Below, one piece after another: positions 58,043-64,000 of a DNA stretch of 64,000 nucleotides (position 1 is its first letter; every line of letters begins with the position of its first letter). The notes under the pieces are model-generated. The model ran no database searches. It was not told the origin of the DNA and saw nothing but the letters and a program-made list of their open reading frames with translations. The translations under genes and the position numbers were made by a program. Origin of the DNA: Eledone cirrhosa (taxonomy: Eukaryota); contig OZ024744.1 in NCBI GenBank assembly GCA_964016885.1, positions 88,970,001-89,034,000 of the forward strand, given 5' to 3'.

Positions 58043-58931
58043 ACGCTCATGCACATACATACACACGCGCACACGCATATTTATACACGAACACACACAC
58101 ATACACTCACAAATACACACATACATACACACGCATACACACATACACACATATATTCGCATACATACATACACACACATATTCACATATATACACAATA
58201 CGAAACACACACACACACTCACACACATACACACTCACACATTAGCACGCACACATTAGCACACACACATTACTACACACACATACATACACATTAACGC
58301 ACACACACACACACATACACACACGCATTAATACACACACATTACCACACATACATACGCAAAACGAAACACACACACTCACACACATGCACACGTTCAC
58401 ACATGAACATACACACACAAACGCACATACACATACACACACATACACACACATACACACACATTAGCACTCACACATGCATACAAACACCCACACATAT
58501 ACACTCTCTTTCACTTTCTTTTACCCTCTCATTTTGGCTATTTTTCCATCTAACGACACCCCTCTCCCTCTCTCTCTCTTCCTCTTTTCCTCTCTTCCTC
58601 TCTCTCCCTCGCCGCCTCTCTCTCTCCTACTCTCCCTTTTTCTCGCCCAATCACTTCCTTCCTCTCTTCTTTCCGTAACCGCCATGATATCTTTGACGGA
58701 AGATTCGGCCGGAAACATTTATCTTCGTGTGCACCTAGTGTACCAATTGCACCGCCTCAACCTTTCATAAAGAACGTTGACGGTGGAAGCTTCATACTCC
58801 GTAACCAACAAGCAGAGCTCAGCAGTTGACTATGTGTGTATACATATATTTATACATATTATACATATGTTATATATATATATATTTTTCAAATGTATTA
58901 TTATTACTATATATATATAACATATATGTAA

Positions 58932-59760
<829 letters not shown>

Positions 59761-60398
59761 AATATGAATAAAGTTAGTCCTTTATCAGTGATCTTCCAAC
59801 CATCATTGGTATATCATCGCTTTAAAGACCATATACCTCCGGTTGGTGCAAGCAACGGCTAAAAAAAGTCGTTGGGACACGTAAATAAAGGGGACACGAG
59901 AGTGTAAAGAAACAAAGATGGTGAAGCAACGAAAAGTAAGGAAGAAGGAGTCAAGTCCAAAATTTCCATGAATATAAGTTCGGTGAAATCGTGAACGAGG
60001 GAGAATAAAGACCATCAAACCTGGTTGGAATGTGAGCAAGGAAGGAATTCCGTACAGGTCTAACGGGAGGAAGAAGGGGTCTAGTCTGTGAATTCGGTGA
60101 ACGCAAGTTCTGTGAAAGACGAGAGAGAGAAAAAAAGCGACCTGCCTGACCAAGGGTGCGAAAGAAAGGAATTACGCGCAGGTCAAACGGGAAGAAGGAG
60201 AGGTAGTAACAGAGAGTGAGTGAGTGAAGGGTGAGGAAGAGGCTAACAGAGAGAGTGACTGTTAGAGAGTGTAAAGATACAGAGAAAGAGGAAGCAGTAA
60301 GAACGAAATAGACGGGTCACAGCGGGGGAAAAAATATGTGTAAATATGAGAATAAACGTGCTGCGTGGTTGCTAATGGGTTACATATGAATAAAGTTA

Positions 60399-60500
60399 GT
60401 CCTTCATCAGTGATCTTCCAACCATCATTGGCATTTCATCGCTTTAAAGACCATATACCTCCGGTTGGTGCGAGCAACGGCTAAAAAAAGTCGTTGGGAC
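60399..60500 (-). ncRNA. Putative permuted hammerhead (copy B2)
   Basis: Intact CTGATGA and GAAA; stem III GGTAT/ATGCC keeps pairing through a U-G wobble. Confidence 0.7.
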
Positions 60501-60820
60501 ACGTAAATAAAGGGGACCTGAGAGTGTAAACAAAAAAAGATGGTGAAGCAACGAAAGGTGAGGAAGATCTCTCGTCTACGATTTCACAGAACTTACGTTC
60601 ACCGAATTCACAGACTAGATCCCTTCTTCCTCCCGTTAGGCCTGTACGGAATTCCTTCCTTGCTCACATTCCAACCAGGTTTGATGGTCTTTAATCTTTC
60701 TCGTTCACGATTTCACCGAACTTATATTCATGGAAATTTGGGACTTGACTCCTTCTTCCTCACTTTTCGTTGCTTCACCATCTTTGTTTCTTTACACTCT
60801 CGTGTCCCCTTTATTTACGT

Positions 60821-60922
60821 GTCCCAACGACTTTTTTTAGCCCTTGCTCGCACCAACCGGAGGTATATGGTCTTTAAAGCGATGAAATACCAATGATGGT
60901 TGGAAGATCACTGATGAAGGAC
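60821..60922 (+). ncRNA. Putative permuted hammerhead (copy B3)
   Basis: TCGCA CCAACC GGA GGTAT A TGGTCTT TAA AGCGA T GAA ATACC AATGAT GGTTGG AAGATCA CTGATGA A GGAC. Confidence 0.7.
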
Positions 60923-60969
60923 TAACTTTATTCATATGTAACCCATTAGCAACCACGCAGCACGTTTAT

Positions 60970-61035
<66 letters not shown>

Positions 61036-61043
<8 letters not shown>

Positions 61044-61250
61044 GTGAGGTTTTTTTTACAAAATGAAAAATAACCGACGTGTCCTACACGAGTGAAAGTA
61101 TAAAGAAAAAAAGATGAAATCGAAAATGCAACTGGAGTCTTATTTTAAAAAAAATATATATATTTATTTGGTTCCTTTACCGCTTTCGCAGTTCTTCTGC
61201 TTTTCAAAAGTAGAGTTGAGATGGAGTGTCTGTGGTTTTTCTCACATCTG
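61036..61250 (-). mobile_element. Solo PLE terminal repeat (U3-A8 HHR family)
   Basis: Matches 49300-49515. Confidence 0.85.
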
Positions 61251-61269
61251 ATATATATATATATATATC

Positions 61270-61993
<724 letters not shown>

Positions 61994-62122
61994 TATATTG
62001 TCTTTAGGCGTTGAAATGTCCAAGACTCCCGGCAGACAATTGATGAAGGAAAATTTTCTCCCGTTCTTGCTTTCCTCTTTTTATAAGTACACCTTATGCA
62101 GCAACTACATAGCCCGTTTATT

Positions 62123-62181
<59 letters not shown>

Positions 62182-62279
62182 AGGGAGTGTAACTTGGAGT
62201 TACTGTAGGTTCACCCGTGTGAGCACTCGGTGTTTAGTTTCACTTCTGTGTTGAGGTGTAGAGCTATATATAGTGTAAT

Positions 62280-63133
<854 letters not shown>

Positions 63134-63246
63134 TATTGTTCTGCAACCCCATGCATTGAACCACAAAGTTACTAAGACAAAACCTATGTATTTGCTAGCA
63201 TTGGTATGCATCTGTGTGTATATATATGTTACTAGATATATTAATT

Positions 63247-63365
<119 letters not shown>

Positions 63366-63377
63366 GAGCGAGGGAGA

Positions 63378-63489
63378 GAAATTGCTTCTACAGGACTAGA
63401 ACTTTTTCATTCGAAGGAAATCATCAGGAAAGCGCTTTCCTGCTGATTTCCTTCGAATGAAAAAATTATAGTCCTGTAGAAGCAATTTA
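63378..63489. repeat. ~110-bp loopless palindrome
   Basis: Centre ggaaagcgctttcc. The reverse strand of the left arm reads CTGATGA-tttc cttc gaat-GAAA. Confidence 0.85.
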
Positions 63490-63578
63490 TATATAAAATT
63501 TATTTGTATGCACTAATGTATTGAGTACCTTACTTACTGTGGTTACCCCTGATTGAACCCGGGACTCATATACATACG

Positions 63579-63626
<48 letters not shown>

Positions 63627-63776
63627 TGTGTGTGTGTGTGTGTCTGTGTGTGTGTGTGTGTGTGTGTATGTGTGTGTGAATGTGTGTGTGTGCGTGAACT
63701 TATGGGATTGGTCTATCACTTGATCTTATTTATGAATATAAATTAATATATGAATATGTGGGTGAAAAAGAAAGTA

Positions 63777-64000
63777 TACGAGGCTGGGCTGAAATGTTCA
63801 TAGGCTGATTATAAAGGAATGACGCTAAAGCTGAGAAGTCTTGCATGCATTAATTTGAACTTTTCGTCTTAATAACTACATTGTTTTTTAAGGAAAAATG
63901 ACATCTGACGTTCAAAAAGACATCAAAATTAACCAGTATCGGAATGATGATGACGTCAAGTCTGCTGTTGATGACTTTTAACCAATAGGATGAAAGCTTC
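63777..64000 (+). mobile_element. Mariner-type transposon remnant
   Basis: TA-cgaggctgggctgaaatgttcatag terminus, and DDDVKSAVDDF resembles a mariner transposase C-terminus. Confidence 0.5.

Overview
This is AT-rich eukaryotic intergenic or intronic DNA made almost entirely of repeats. The abundant (TA)n, (CA)n and (GA)n microsatellites and the tRNA-derived SINE family suggest an octopus-like cephalopod (inference only). I find no convincing host gene, and most ORF-track entries are microsatellite translations. Transposon content: a near full-length CRE-clade non-LTR retrotransposon (PHD-RT-REL, 14.4-17.4 kb, minus), a hATm-like DNA transposon with TIRs and an 8-bp TSD (27.2-30.0 kb), two Tx1/L1-clade LINE copies in (ATT)n, several Penelope-like elements (PLEs), RTE fragments, MITEs, about 16 SINEs and a 3.8-kb 27-bp minisatellite that may sit inside a non-autonomous Helitron. 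The most notable signal is RNA structure. More than a dozen distinct hammerhead ribozyme (HHR) motifs sit in PLE-type terminal repeats that form palindromes and tandem repeats inside (TA)n. One 102-nt motif occurs as 7 full copies plus 1 truncated copy in 4 divergent subfamilies. It folds by hand into a non-circularly permuted, pseudoknotted hammerhead with a kink-turn, and compensatory base changes support most of its helices. All folds were derived by eye and none was computed.
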